A stretch of DNA of 64,000 nt from Octopus vulgaris (lineage: Eukaryota): contig OX597833.1 of NCBI GenBank assembly GCA_951406725.2, positions 54,560,001 through 54,624,000 on the forward strand. The letters are read 5' to 3'. This document shows positions 1 through 13,792 of the stretch, one piece after another (positions within the stretch are counted from its first letter, which is position 1; the number at the start of each line of letters is the position of its first letter). A program made the position numbers and the translations under genes. The notes beneath the pieces were generated by a model. That model was not told where the DNA came from. It did not search any database and saw only the letters and a program-made list of their open reading frames with translations.

Positions 1-195
1 CCAGTGGCACGTAAAAGTGGAACCCAGCATACTCTGTAAGGTGGTTGGCATTAGGAAGGGCATCCAGTCGTGGAAACCATTCCACAACAGACAGACACCT
101 GGAGTCTGGACAGCTCCCCAGATGGCCAGCTCCTGTCAGACCGTCCAACCCATGCCAGCATGGAAAGCGGACGTTAAACGACCATGATGATGATG
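1..195 (+). mobile_element. RTE LINE 3' UTR/tail fragment (family A)
   Basis: GGTTGGCATTAGGAAGGGCATCCAG...AACCCATGCCAGCATGGAAAGCGGACGTTAAAC followed by (GAT)n. The same UTR follows RTE C-terminal coding sequence at 58605-59050. Confidence 0.8.
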
Positions 196-209
196 TGGAT
201 GGAGTATGC

Positions 210-530
210 AAATTCTGAAATTTTTCATCTTTCAAAATGCGTAGTTGTGTTCTTTCCGCAGCCAGCTTGAGTTTCCAGTCAGTAATTCAGAACTGTATTG
301 TGTCCAGGTCAGATTACAGGAAACATCTACCGTGTATAGGACCCATACTGTTTATCTCAAGACAGAGCTGTATGTCGTCTGCATATTTGGCTTCCATTTG
401 GCTTCTATTTCGTGAATATATGCAACAAACAATGGGGGTCCAAGATCAGATCTCTGCAGGGGACACCAGATATCATTGCATATCGTGCACAATGTTGTTC
501 TCATACCACGACTTCCTCTTTCTCACTGAG
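210..530 (-). pseudogene. Degenerate non-LTR (CR1/L2-like) reverse transcriptase fragment
   Basis: Minus-strand translation with frameshifts gives ISGVP..ILGPPLFVAYIHEI, KYADDIQL and DLDTIQF.ITDWKLKL, matching the RT motifs GVPQGS-LGP-LF and YADD. Confidence 0.75.
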
Positions 531-542
531 AATGGAAAATGT

Positions 543-885
543 TACCACCACCATCAACTGCACCACCATCACCACCACCACCACCTCCACTACCACCAAC
601 ACCAACACCACCACCAACCACTACCACCACCACCTCCACCACCACCACCAACACCTCCACCACAACCATCTCCGCCACCACCTCCACCACTCAATAGCTT
701 CTACCCCTGTTGCAACATCTGTTAATACCAAGCGAATTGATGATGATGGTGGTGGTATCGGTGGTAGCAGTGGTGGTGGTGGTGGTGGTGGTGGTAGTAG
801 TTGTGATGAGGATAATGATGATAATAATCATCATCATCATCGCCATCATCATTGTCATCATCATCACCATCATCGTCATCTTGCA
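543..885. repeat. Compound (CAC)n/(GGT)n/(CAT)n microsatellite
   Basis: Seen directly; explains the poly-H/P/G ORFs at 237-904. Confidence 0.95.
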
Positions 886-1134
886 CTGGTGGCCAGTTAA
901 TTAAAACGACATTACTAAGTTTCGTAATACTATAAGGTCCTTATTTAAAATTTAATTATTTTTTTTAAAGTCACATGCTATATTTAATTTAATTTAATAA
1001 GTGAAGTAAAATTGATACGGTTTTGTACTACATATGAAGTCCAGATTTTCAATTCATACATTTAATACTTTATATAAGTTTTATATATGTGTATATGCAT
1101 GTGCGTGTGTGTGTGTGTATGTGTGTGTATATGC

Positions 1135-1207
<73 letters not shown>

Positions 1208-1395
1208 AGTATCTATCTACAAACATATATGTATGTATTTATATATATATATAAATATTTAACTATATTTTAATATACTTGTATTAATATTTATTTAATA
1301 TCATAACTTTAAGTTCAGTTTAATAAGTGAAGTAAAACTAATTCAGTACATCTAAACAGTTTATATATTGTATGCACAGTATTATATACGCAAAA

Positions 1396-2087
1396 ACATG
1401 CGGCCTACTGGTGAGGGCGTTCTGCTCACAATTATAAGACCCTGTTTCGATTCCTGAATTGAGCAATACATTGTGTTTTTAAGCAAAACACTTTATTTTA
1501 TACTAGCAGTATCGCCCAGCGTTGCTCGGGTTTGTAAGGGAAATAACTATATAAGCATTTTTAGAGAGTTATAGCCAAAAAATAGCAAAAAAATGCATTA
1601 AAAATGGAAAAAATATGATGGTAAATTTTTTTTTAAATCGTTGACTCATCGTAGACATTTTTAGAGAGTTACTTCCCTTATATAATAGCGAAAAATGCAT
1701 TAAAATGGAAAAAAATGATGGTAATTATTTTTTTAAATCGTAGACTCATCGTAGACGCGCACTGATACCCAGAAGGGCTCGATATGAATCACGACTATAA
1801 GATACCCGGTTTTGGTTAAACTGCACCGCAAAATGTGGGAGTAGTTAGGAATCTAAATCGCAGGAGACAGACACACAACTTCACTTTTATATATAAAGAT
1901 TGCTCTGTGGTCCCTTTGGCTTCTGGTGTGTCGTACACTATGACTCTGTTCTGGTAATGTCGATTTGAAGGAGAAACTGAGCGAATGTATTGCACAAACT
2001 TTTGATCATTAGAAATGAATTATTTATGCAGGTTATTCAGTAAGAAGTTGCAGCATCCTCATCTGTTTCCACCTGAAGAATCCACAA
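1396..2087 (+). mobile_element. Old tRNA-headed SINE interrupted by a Helitron-type element
   Basis: Degenerate A/B-box head, then TGTGTTTTTAAGCAAAACACTTTATTTTA. The CORE-like body resumes with TTGCTC at ~1900. Confidence 0.6.
1500..1900 (+). mobile_element. Non-autonomous Helitron/Helentron-type element (HINE/Lep1-like)
   Basis: 5' ATACTAGCAGTATCGCCCAGCGTTGCTCGGG subterminal hairpin and 3' TTTTATATATAAAGAT, in a T-rich site with no TSD. A second copy lies at 47617. Confidence 0.7.
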
Positions 2088-2105
2088 TATATATATATAT
2101 ATATA

Positions 2106-2395
2106 TCATCATCATCATCATCATCATCGCTTAACGTCCGCTTTCCATGCTAGCATGGGTTGGACGGTGTTGACTGAGGGCTGGCGAACGAGATGGCTGC
2201 ACCAGGCTCCAGTCTTGATCTGGCAGAGTTTCTACAGCTGGATGCCCTTCCTAATGCCAACCACTCTGAGAGTAGAGTGGGTGATCTTTCATGCCACCGG
2301 CACAGGGCCAGTCAGGCAGTACTGGCAACGACCTAGCTCGAATCTTTTTACACGTGCCACCAGCACAGGTGCCAGTGAAGCGACGTTGGTAACAG
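2106..2395 (-). mobile_element. RTE 3' UTR fragment (family A)
   Basis: (CAT)n CGCTTAACGTCCGCTTTCCATGCTAGCATGGGTTGGACGG..., adjacent to (TA)n. Confidence 0.85.
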
Positions 2396-2599
2396 AAACG
2401 AGTGTAACTAATCATTAAAGATGTGTTAAAGTATTTCATTCTCTTATTATTTAGACTGAGTGTGTCTGTGTGTCTGTCTTTCCTCATCACTTGACAATTA
2501 GATTTGGTATGCTTACATCCTTGTAACTCATCAGTTATATCCGTCTAACTCAAAAATGAGAGATTGTTCATCTTTGTTATTAGCAATATCAAAAACAGC

Positions 2600-3105
2600 T
2601 TCTCCTTCATCTGTTTTCTTCTTCTTCTCTTTCTCCTTTTTCTTGTTTTCTCTTTCCTTCTTCTCCTTCTCCTCATCTTCCTCCTCATCATCATCATCAC
2701 CATCATCATGATCATGATCATCAGCATTATCATTATCATCATCCTTCTTGCATTAGTTGTTGTCCTTCCTCTTCAAACTAGTCTCCTTCTTCTTATCCTC
2801 CTTCTCTTCTTCCTTCTTCTCCTCTCTTTCTTCTTCTTCCTCCTTCTCCTTCTTTTCCTCCTTATTTTCCTTCCTCTTCCTCCTCTCCTTCTCTTCCTCC
2901 CTTTCTTTTTCTTCATCTTCTTCCCTTTCCTTCTTCTTCTTCCCCTTCTTCTTTTCCTCCTCCTCATCATCACCATCATCCTCATCATCATCATCATGAT
3001 GCTTCTTTTTTTGTTGTTGTTCTTCTTCCTCTTCTTCTTCCTCTTCCTCCTCCTTCTCCTCTTCCTCTTCTTCATCCTCCTCCCCTTCTTCTTTTTCTCC
3101 TTCCA
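2600..3105. repeat. CT-rich/(CTT)n/(CAT)n low-complexity tract
   Basis: Seen directly. Confidence 0.9.
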
Positions 3106-3389
3106 CTAAGAACATTCCGCCCCCCACCATCCCATATTTCCTGATTATCATAAGACCAACAGCATAGGTGCCAACGCTTTTGAGATCAAAGTATGACCGA
3201 ACTTGCAATCTCAGACAAAGAGTGGAACTCCATTATTTTGGTTGCAACAGATAAACACCTTTCATACAGAACAAAATAAATCCCAAAGACCTGCATCGAA
3301 TTTCATGCTTGAACGGTCTCAGAACAAACAATCTGAGAACAGCCTCTTGTACTTCTCTCTTCTTTCTAAATAACTGTTATTTACATTTA

Positions 3390-3404
3390 TATATCATCAT
3401 CATC

Positions 3405-3436
<32 letters not shown>

Positions 3437-3506
3437 TTATATATCATCATCTTCATCATCATCATCATCATCATTTTATATCATCATCATCATCATCATC
3501 ATCATC

Positions 3507-3538
<32 letters not shown>

Positions 3539-3551
3539 TATCATCATTTAT

Positions 3552-3593
<42 letters not shown>

Positions 3594-3620
3594 TTCATCA
3601 TCATCATCACCTTCATCATC

Positions 3621-3668
<48 letters not shown>

Positions 3669-3770
3669 TTCATCATCATCATCATCATCATCATCGTAAT
3701 CATCATCGTCGTCATTTAACATCCACGTTCCATGCCGGCATGGGTTGGATGGTTTCACTGAGGACTGGCA
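3390..3770 (-). repeat. (ATC)n array expanded from an RTE tail
   Basis: About 325 bp of ATC directly abutting TTTAACATCCACGTTCCATGCCGGCATGGGTTGGA, the reversed family A 3' end. Confidence 0.85.
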
Positions 3771-4803
3771 ATGTATATACGTATGTATGCATGTATGTAT
3801 GTATGTATGTATGTGTGTATGTATGTATGTGTGCATGTACGTATGTATGTATGTGTGTATGTATGTATGTATGTGTGTATGTATGTGTGTGTGTATGTAT
3901 GTATGTATGTATGTATGTTTGTACATATGTATGTATGTATGTGTGTATGTATGTATGTATGTATGTATGTATGTTTGTATTATGTATGTATGTATATATG
4001 TATGTATGTATGAATGTATGTATGTATGTATGTATGTATGTGTGTATGTATGTATGTATGTATGTATGTATGTATGTATGTATGTATGTATGTATGTATG
4101 TATGTATGTATGTATGTATGTATGTGTGTATGTATGTATGTTTGTATGTATGTATGTATGTGTGTTTGTATGTATGTATGTATGTATGTATGTATGTGTG
4201 TATGTATGTATGTTTGTATTATGTATGTATGTATATATGTATGTATATATGCTTGTATGTAATTATGTATGTTTGTATTATGTATGTATGTATATATGTA
4301 TGTATGTATGTGTGCATGTATGTATCTATGAATGTATATATGTATGTTTGTATTACGTATGTATGTATGTATGTGTGTATGTATGTATGTGCATGTGTAT
4401 GTATGTATGCGTGTATGCATGTATGTATGTATGTATGTATGTATTATGTATGTATGTATGTATGTATGTATGCATGTATGTATGTATGTATGTACGTATG
4501 TATGTATGTATGTATGTATGTATGTTTGTATTATGTATGTATGTATGTATGTATGTATATATGCTTGTATGTAATTATGTATGTTTGTATTATGTATGTA
4601 TGTATATATGTATGTATGTATGTATGTGTGCATGTATGTATCTATGAATGTATATATGTATGTTTGTATTACGTATGTATGTATGTATGTGTGTATGTAT
4701 GTATGTATGTATGTATGCATGTGTGTGTGTATTATGTGTGTATGTATGTATGTATGTATGTATGTATGTATGTATGTATGTATGTATGTATGTATGTATA
4801 TGT
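3771..4803. repeat. 1-kb (TATG)n microsatellite with an internal higher-order duplication
   Basis: The variant block GCTTGTATGTAATTATG...TATCTATGAATG...TATTACGTATG occurs twice, about 310 bp apart. Confidence 0.95.
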
Positions 4804-4967
4804 GGGTGTGTGGTAAGGTTCAGTACCACTGCATAGCACCTTGGACAAGTGTTTTCTGACTGTCAGTGTATAATATTTACCATATCTATTGCTGATTCAG
4901 CAAAATAGTAATGTGAAAATTATAAAATGCATAATATATATGTGTGTGTGTGTGTTTATATATATAT

Positions 4968-5386
4968 AAGTGTAGGAGTGGCTGTGTGGTAAGTAGCTTG
5001 CTTACCAACCACATGGTTCTGGGTTCAGTCCCACTGCATGGCCACTTGGGCAAGTGTCTTCTACTATAGGCTCGGGCTAACCAAAGCCTTGTGAGTGGAT
5101 TTGGTAGATGGAAACTGAAAGAAGCCCGTCGTATTTATATATATATACATATGTATGTGTGTGTATATGTTTGTGTGTCGGTGTTTGTCCCTTCCCCCTA
5201 ACATCACTTGACAACCGATGCTGGTGTGTTTATGTCCTTGTAGCTTAGCGGTTCGACAAAAGAGACCGATAGAATAAGTACTAGGCTTCCAAAGAATAAG
5301 TCCTAGGGTCGATTTGCTTGACTAAAAGGTGGTGCTCCAGCATGGCCACAGTCAAAATGACTGAAACAAGTAAAAGAGTAAAGAGT
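4968..5386 (+). mobile_element. tRNA-headed CORE-type SINE (family C, Octopus OR2-like), full length
   Basis: A box TGGCTGTGTGG, B box GGTTCAGTCCC, CORE-like CTTGGGCAAGTGTCTT, internal TA/TG microsatellite, 3' GGTGCTCCAGCATGGCC..CAGTC-loop-GACTGAAAC and a (TAAAAGAG)n tail. About 20 copies in the window. Confidence 0.9.
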
Positions 5387-5750
5387 ATATAAACATACTC
5401 ATATATATATACTTACTCACATACACAAAACACACCCATGTATACACACACAGGTACATACATAGAAATACACACACACACACGTGTGTGCACACACAGA
5501 AATATTTCTATATATTGTTATATTTTGGGAAGGTCCTTTTTTATCTACCCCAAGTACTATATACTCATTCTTCTCTCCAGCTTTATCATTATTATTTTAT
5601 TTTAGTGTCCTTAGTCAGAAATCTTTTGTCACACATCTCCGTACCTCTTCAGTGACTCTCTATCTCACATATTGCCTCCTGTTCTGTTTATTCCATTCTG
5701 TCTTTCCTTATCTGCACATGTGTTTACATCCGTATCTGTGTGTATATGTG

Positions 5751-5803
<53 letters not shown>

Positions 5804-6008
5804 ATGTTTGTACACATGTCTATGTATTTAGTATCTGTTTTATTAATACAAAACAATAAGAGAGGGTCCACTATGTGAACACTCTAATGCTAGATATAGA
5901 TCCGCAAAGGGAATCCACCACCAAGGAAATGTTTGTACAAATATAAGGGTTTGTTTACTACACTGTTTGTACCCATTTTATATTTGGTTGTTTTCTTTCA
6001 TGTTTATT

Positions 6009-6220
6009 TGAGCTGGCAGAACCGTTAGCACGCCGGGCAAAATGCGTAGCCGTTATGTTCTGAGTTCAAATTCCGCCGAGGTCGACTTTGCCTTTCATCC
6101 TTTTGGGGTCAATAAATTAAGTGCCAGTTACGCACTGGGGTCGATGTAATCGACTTAATCCGTTTGTCTGTCCTTGTTTGTCCCCTCTATGTTCAGCCCC
6201 TTGTGGGTAATAAAGAAACA
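6009..6220 (+). mobile_element. tRNA-headed SINE family B (Nin/Deu-like central domain)
   Basis: GAGCTGGCAGAA..GTTAGC head, GAGTTCAAATTC B box, GTCGACTTTGCCTTTCATCCTTT..GGGGTC domain. Confidence 0.9.
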
Positions 6221-6359
6221 TATTTTCTTATTTATTTCTTTATTTTCCCCCATTTCATTTTAAGTATGTGTATGCGTGTCTTATGGGTGTGTGCATATAG
6301 GCTTATGTACCATAGTGTTCACATCTATCATTTTTTCTTTCTTCTCTCATTCTGTCTTT

Positions 6360-6980
6360 AGTTGTCATGATGCATAGTGTGGTGGAGGGGTGTTAGTGTT
6401 CCATTCATGTTTTCTTTTGTGAGGTTCAGCCTGTTTATTACTATATGTGTGATCTCTAATCATGTTTAAGTGTCTTGTCTGTCAAATGTGTTGATATCTT
6501 AACATCTAAGTTGTTAACCGAGCCTCTATATTCTAATTAGCATCTTGGCAGTGCACTGATTAGCTTTTCTCCTCATTGTGCTCTCCCCAGTGCTCACCTA
6601 TACATTCTCCTATGCTATGCACTGTCTCCCCAATGTATGTTCTTGTCCTGTTTCTGCACTGTCTCTCAGTACACCATATGCTATAGACTACATTCCTAAT
6701 CTTACAGTTAACCTGTAGGTTTACCCTACATACTCTACAGTTGTTATCCATTCATGGGACCCTTCATATGGATATGTTCTACAGATCAGGGATTTCATGG
6801 GGGTTCTTAGACTTCCTACTACTTTAATCCATAGATTCGTCTTATCTAAGGCTTTAATAAAGATGTATGCTAGTTCGCCACCATCAATGAATATAACACT
6901 CTGGTATTTTTGGTGATCATATCATAAGTTGGCCTTATTTATCTTCTTCTTGGTCCTTTCTATCCTATCCCAGGATTTAT
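6360..6980 (-). mobile_element. Penelope-like element remnant, GIY-YIG endonuclease region
   Basis: ORF 6560-6751 reads CRVC...NCKIRNVVYSIWCTERQC...TYIGETVHSIGECIGEH, the PLE GIY-YIG pattern NVVY-C-C-YIGET. Confidence 0.85.
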
Positions 6981-7237
6981 TCATATATATATATATGCAT
7001 GTATATGTATATATGTATATGTATATATGTGTGTATATATATATATATCAACATATATATTCATATATATATATATGCATGTATATGTATATATGTATAT
7101 GTATATATGTGTGTATATATATATGTTGATATATAGATAGATAGATAGGTAGGTAGATATAAATACATACATATACGTATGTGTGTGTGTGTATATATAT
7201 GTATATGTGTTTGTGTGTGTGTGTTTTGTACATGTGA

Positions 7238-7281
<44 letters not shown>

Positions 7282-7436
7282 ATTTATACATATATACATA
7301 TAGAAGAGACATGTATGTGTATACATACACACATGCATGCATGTGTGTCATATATATACAAATAGAGTTAAATAAAGCCAGTTTATGGGATAACCCTGGT
7401 TTTCACGTCCATAAAGCATTTATATATACATGCACC

Positions 7437-7511
<75 letters not shown>

Positions 7512-7514
7512 TTT

Positions 7515-7571
<57 letters not shown>

Positions 7572-7764
7572 TAAATAGAGATAAATAAATATATATATAT
7601 CAAGTTCATAATTATTTGTTTATCCTTTTCTGCAAACAATAAGAAAGTCATGAATGCATATATTCAATGTACACATATCAATTATGTAAAACTTTTATAT
7701 ATATACACACAGAGACATCTTAGACATGCATACCACACACATAGATAGATGTGTGTAGAGATAA

Positions 7765-7804
<40 letters not shown>

Positions 7805-7812
7805 CATAGATA

Positions 7813-7860
<48 letters not shown>

Positions 7861-8297
7861 ACATATTTAATATAAACAGCTTGTATTTAATATATTTTAT
7901 ATGTTACAAGGTGAGAGACCTCACTACACCAAAGTAGGGATAATAATATACTTATAACTATAAATATTCAAATATCTTGCTTTGTAACATAAAATATATT
8001 AAATATATGCTATTTATATTAAATGTATTTTATATATTGCTTTCTGGTATTCTGGATTGAGTTCTCTTATATGTATAAAAACATTAAAATATACATAAGC
8101 ACCAATCATAATTTTAAAACAGTTTCGTGTATTTATTTATTTATTTATTTGAATATTTATTTACAATGCCTGCCGACGATTTTCATGTGATGGTGTTTCA
8201 CTCAAAACTCATTTTCTAGTTATAATGTATCCAATCTTCATTGGAAATTCTATGAAAATGGTATCTTCTGGATGTTGAATAATTTTGTCTCTGAATT

Positions 8298-8880
8298 AGG
8301 TGCAGGTGTGGATGTGTGGTAAGAAGGCGGTGAGCTGGTAGAAATGTTAGCACGCTGTGTGAAATGCTTAGCGGCATTTTGTCTGCTGTTCCGTTCTGAG
8401 TTCAAATTCCGCCGAGGTCAACTTTACCTTTCATCCTTTCGGGGTCGATTAAATAAGTACCAGTTATGCACTTGGGTCATTGTAATCGACTTAATCCGTT
8501 TGTCTGTCCTTGTTTGTCCTCTCTGTGTTTAGCCCCTTGTGGGTAGTAAAGAAATAGGTATTTCTTCTGCTGTTATGCTCTGAGTTCAAGTTCCGCTGAG
8601 GTCGACTTTGCCTTTCATCCTTTCAGGGTTGATCAATTAAGTACCAGTTATGCACTGGGGTCGATGTAATCTACTTAATCTCTTTGTCTGTCCTTGTTTG
8701 TCCCCTCTATGTTTAGTCCCTTGTGGGTAATAAAGAAATAAGAAGTCTGCTTCCGATCCACATGTTACCGGGTTCAGTCCCACTGTTTGGCACCTTGGGT
8801 GAGTGGCTCCTATTTTTGTGTTGGGCCGATCAAAGCCTTGTGAGTGGATTTGGTAGATGGAAACTAAAAGAAGCCCTTCA
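8298..8880 (+). mobile_element. SINE C head with a nested SINE B dimer (8324-8741)
   Basis: The C head is split after GGTAAG and TAAGAAG is duplicated on both sides. The B insert is one full unit plus one headless unit. Confidence 0.85.
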
Positions 8881-8895
8881 CATATAATATATATA

Positions 8896-9325
8896 TCACC
8901 TTAATCACCTTGACCGACCAGTCCATTAGGCGTCCATTTGACACCATTGGTCACAGCACACTGTCCACTCCTCTCTGGATGGCGCCTTCCTCATCCACGT
9001 GATCCCAATCACCCTCCTAAAACTGTAACTCTACCTTCTGCCTTCCGAGTGGTCGTTTCCACTTGCACAGGTACCACCTGACAACTGCACAGGTGCACTG
9101 ATTATCTGTGAGCCGGGCGACGTGTCCAGCTCATCTAAACTTGCTGCGTGTATATTCTACAATGACATCCCTCACACCAGACTTCTCTCTGATGACCTCG
9201 CTACTGATGTGCTCTCTCAACAAGATTCCAAGCATTGACCTCTCCATGGCTCTTTGAGCCATTACCAATCTCTGCTCTTCTCTCTTTGTTGTAGCCCATG
9301 TTTCACTACCATATAACATTATAAC
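8896..9325 (-). mobile_element. RTE LINE 3' fragment
   Basis: LYGSETWATTKREEQRLVMAQRAMERSMLG...KFR*AGHVAR, followed by a short-repeat tail (AAGGTGAT)2. Confidence 0.9.
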
Positions 9326-9375
9326 ATTATATTATATCATATATAAATATATATATATAATATATATACATACAA

Positions 9376-9608
9376 AAGGCGGCGAGCTGGCAGAAACGTT
9401 AGCACGCCGGGCGAGATGCTTAGCGGTATTTCGTCTGCCGTTATGGTGTGAGTTCAAATTCCGCCAAGGTCAACTTTGCCTTTCACCCTTTCGGGGTCGA
9501 TAAATTAAATACCAGTTACGCACTGGGGTCAATGTAATCGACTTAATCCGTTTGTCTGACCTTGTTTGTCCCGTCTATGTTTAGCCCCTTGTGTGTAGTA
9601 AAGAAACA
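9376..9608 (+). mobile_element. SINE B, full length
   Basis: AAGGCGGCGAGCTGGCAGAAACGTTAGC...TAAAGAAA, followed by (CATA)n. Confidence 0.9.
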
Positions 9609-9779
9609 TACATACATACATACATACATACATACATACATACATACATACATACATACATACATGCATACATATGTGTATGTATGTGGGCCACACTGAG
9701 GAAATGACAAGGGAGATGGGGATGTGGTGATTTGCTGTTCTTGATAAAATGTGTCAAGCTACGTAAAATCACTGTCTTG

Positions 9780-10087
9780 CACATGTACAGGTTTGTGCTT
9801 TCAGGTGCTGGTGCCACTTAAAAGGCACCTGTGCCAGAGCTGCATTAATGCACCTGTGCTGGAGCTGTGTTAACGCACCCATACCAATGCTGCACGAGCT
9901 CATGCTGCTCACACGTAAAAAGCACCCACCACAATCTGTTAAGTTGTTGGCATTAGGAAGGGCATCCAACCATAGAAACCATACCAAAACTGACATGCAA
10001 CATGATGTATCTCTGCAGCTCAAATGATCCTGTCAAACCAACCAGTCCATGCCAGCATGGAAAATGAGCATTCCATAATGATGATGA
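9780..10087 (+). mobile_element. Older RTE 3' UTR fragment (family A)
   Basis: CACGTAAAAAGCACCC...TTGGCATTAGGAAGGGCATCC...CATGCCAGCATGGAAAA..ATGATGATG. Confidence 0.75.
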
Positions 10088-10432
10088 AGGTTTAATTCTC
10101 ACTGAAGATTCTACTTGAAGATCAAATTATCTTAAACCCAAGAATAAAGATGCTATGTTTCTCTCAAAGCAAAGTTTCTCATCTTAATGTATCAACAGTC
10201 AATGAAAATTCTGTGGAATGGAATCTTCCAAAAGGTTGGAAAATTTCGGGTTTTGGAAAATGTCAACCTCACTCAAGTCTTCCACTTGCACAGGGTGTGG
10301 TAAGAAATTTGCTTTCCCTCCACATGGCCCTTTTACAAGGAATGGGTTAGAACCCTTGTAAATATATAGCTGGAGGCATGGCTGTGTGGTAAGAATAGAT
10401 AGATAGATAGATAGATACATACATACATAGAT

Positions 10433-10523
<91 letters not shown>

Positions 10524-11244
10524 TAGATAGATAGATACAGATATAGATATAGATATAAAATATCACTAAATGTTTCTTTTACTACTAAGTAAACACCTTC
10601 TGAAAAAAAGCAGGAAATTTGATTAGAAATAATAAAAATGATGTTAAATTCAACTTCTGCAGTATGCAAAATTTTGCGACAGAAATAAAGTTCACCAATA
10701 GTAAAAATCTGAAAGAACCATTTACATGTAATTCCTCCCATTTATGCAACACTATTAATTCAGTAAATTGTCTGTTAAGTGCCTTTTTTAATCAATAGTT
10801 TATTGTGCAAAAGTATTTCATTGTCGTCGTTGTCATCATCATCATCATCGTCATCATCATCATCATCATCGTCGTCATCATCATCATCGTCGTCATCATC
10901 ATCATCAGTAGCAGCCGTTCAAGAATTTGGACCTGGAGATCTCCATTTCCAGCGACTTTAAGGGCCACCTCCCAATGGTGTCGGGCGTCAACGAAGAGCC
11001 CTCAATTCCAACAAGACGACCAAAGTTTTTTTCTTTCCCCATGGTCTGGGGTCTCCCACCCCTAAGCCCTAGACTATCACCTAATCACCCTTACCCATCT
11101 TGTTGCTTAACGGCAACAACAACAACAACAGCAAAAAATCAGCAGCAGTAACATCATAGTTTTAGCCTCTTCTTTTCTATGCCTGTGTGGGTCAGACAAG
11201 AGTATGCTGGGGCAGTGACTTTTATTTTTTATTGCTGGATGTCA

Positions 11245-11990
11245 TTAACGTAAGATAATGTTTTCAGGTGTACCGACGAAGATATTAAGACGAGAATAAG
11301 TAAGGCAAGGACCGCTTTTCACCTGTTAAAGAAAGTATGGAACGCAAGTGTAATTTCAATAAAGAACAAAATAAGAATTTTTAGCACTAACGTAAAAGCG
11401 GTGTTATTGTATTGGGCTGAGACATGGCGAACAACAGACAAGTCAAACAAGCAAATACAATCATTCATCAACAGATGCTTGTGTAGTATACTTATAATTA
11501 GATGGCCCGAACACATAAGCAATATGGAGCTATGGCAAAGAACAAATCAAGTTTCGATTAGGGAGCAAATATTTAAGAAAAGGTGGAAGTGGATTGGTAG
11601 CACAATTAGAAAAGACACACCAAATGTAGCGAAAAGTGGTTTACAGGGGAAACCGGATGGATATAGAAGGAGAGGTAGGCCTAAGAACTCATGGCAGAGA
11701 TCAACACAAAAGGAACCAGAGAAAGGTGGATATTCATGGCAGAGTATAAGTACAGAAGCCAAAAATTATGTGACATGGAATTCAACTATAAGTGGCCTAT
11801 ACTCCACGGATGGGTATAGAAGGAGAGGTAGGCCTAAGAACTCGTGGTGGAGATCAACACAGACGGAACTAGAGAAAGGGGGACATTCATGGCAGAGAAT
11901 AAGTACAGAAGCCAAAAATTATGCGACATGGAATTCAACTATAAGTGGCCTATACACCGCGTTGGAAGGTTAAAGGCATAAAGAAAGAAG
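11245..11990 (+). mobile_element. RTE LINE 3' coding fragment with an in-frame 153-bp duplication
   Basis: DEDIKTRISKARTAF...KIRIFSTNVKAVLLYWAETW...RWKWIG...RRRGRPKNSW; the last 51 aa occur twice. Confidence 0.92.
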
Positions 11991-12609
11991 ATGTCATTGA
12001 TGTTGCCATCTGCTACCTGTTTCCAAGTGAGGTTATTATCTCCCAGTCTATCAAACAACAGACAGCCCAGACATGTTTTTGTGGTGGAAAGCAAGCAAAT
12101 GATGCTGTTAGTAAAGCCATTGTTCTTTACAGCCAGTAAATAAATAGCATATAGACTTAAGAAATATAAACTCACTCTCACAAACACGCACGTAGGCTTT
12201 CATACACTGACTCACACACATACACACACACACTCACTCACACATATATACTAACATAAACTGGCATTAATTCCCAAAAATTTCGGGCCTTGAGCCTAGA
12301 GTAAAAAACAATAAATAAGGATTATATCTGAGTCACTAATCTGAATGCTCAAGGGTTAAAAATTTATTTTGCATTTCATTTTTTTTTTTTTTTTTGGCAT
12401 CATAAATCAAAATATTTGTTAAAATATTTTTAATCTCGAAATACTGTAAAAGAAAAGATTGAACAAGTTCATCAGTTAATATGCATCAAATATTGGCTAT
12501 TTTTGTCATCATATATCAAAATGACTTGAGGGTGAATGACTAACAGCATTTCAACAAAAATGATATTCTTTTATTTGTTTCAGACATTTGACTGCAGTCA
12601 TGCTGGAGC

Positions 12610-12774
12610 GACTGCGTAGTAAGTAGCTTGCTTACTAACCACATGGTTCCGGGTTCGGTCCCATTGCATGGCACCTTGGGCGAGTGTCTTCTACTATAGC
12701 CTCAGGACAACCAAAGCGTTGTGAGTGGATTTGGTAGACAGAAACTAAAGGAAACCCGTCATATATACATACAC

Positions 12775-12806
<32 letters not shown>

Positions 12807-13199
12807 GTATGTATATGCTTGTGTGTTTGTCCCCCCAACATCACTTGACAACCAATGCTGGTGTGTTTACATCCCCATAACTTAACAAGTTATGGGAAAT
12901 AAATGTGATCAACCGGGCTATCAGATGTTGCTACACATCGCTGGTCACAAGTGCTTTGCATTGTTCAGCAAAAGAGACTGATAGAATAAGTACTAGGCTT
13001 ACAAGCAATGAGTCCTGGGGTCGATTTGCTCAACTAAAAGCAGCACTCCAGCATGGCTGCATTCAAAATGACTGAAACAAATAAAAGAGTAAAAGAGCTA
13101 CAGGCCGTCAAAGCCTTGTGAGTGAATTTGGTAGATGGAAACTGAAAGAAGCCTGTCGTATATATGTATATATATATGTATGTGTGAGTGTGTGTGTGT

Positions 13200-13237
<38 letters not shown>

Positions 13238-13453
13238 ATGTTTGTGTGTCTGTGTTTGTTCCCCCAACATCGCTTGACAACCGATGCTAGTGTGTTTACG
13301 TCCCTGTAACTTAGCAGTTCGGTAAAAGAGACTGATAGAATAAGTACTAGGCTTACAAAGAATAAGTCCAGGGCTCGATTTGCTTGACTAAAGGTGGTGC
13401 TCCAGCATGGCTGCAGTCAAAACGACTGAAACAAGTAAAAGAGTAAAAGAGTA
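12610..13453 (+). mobile_element. Two tandem SINE C copies (second lacks the head)
   Basis: Family C motifs occur twice with (TAAAAGAG)n tails at ~13097 and ~13453. The first copy carries a ~75-bp foreign insert at ~12890-12962. Confidence 0.85.
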
Positions 13454-13747
13454 AGTTGACTTTACCTTTGATAAAATAATTGAGCACTCTGATTGATGTA
13501 AATGATTAGCCCCTCCCCACAAAATTTCTGGCCTTAGTAAACAATAATATCTAGGTGCAGGAAATAAGTGCAGGTATTGTTGTGCATTGGTGCAGGTGTG
13601 GCTGTGTGGTAAGAAGCTTGCTTCCCAACCATATTACTCTGGGTTCAGTCCCACTGCATGGCACCTTGGGCAACTGTCTTCTGCAGTAGCTCTGGACTGA
13701 CCAATGCCTTATGAGTGGATTTGGAAGAAACTGAAAGAAGGCCGTGG

Positions 13748-13792
<45 letters not shown>

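Noticed and set aside
7860-8027. Imperfect AT-rich inverted repeat as a MITE
   Set aside because: Single copy in the window, very low complexity and no clear TSD.
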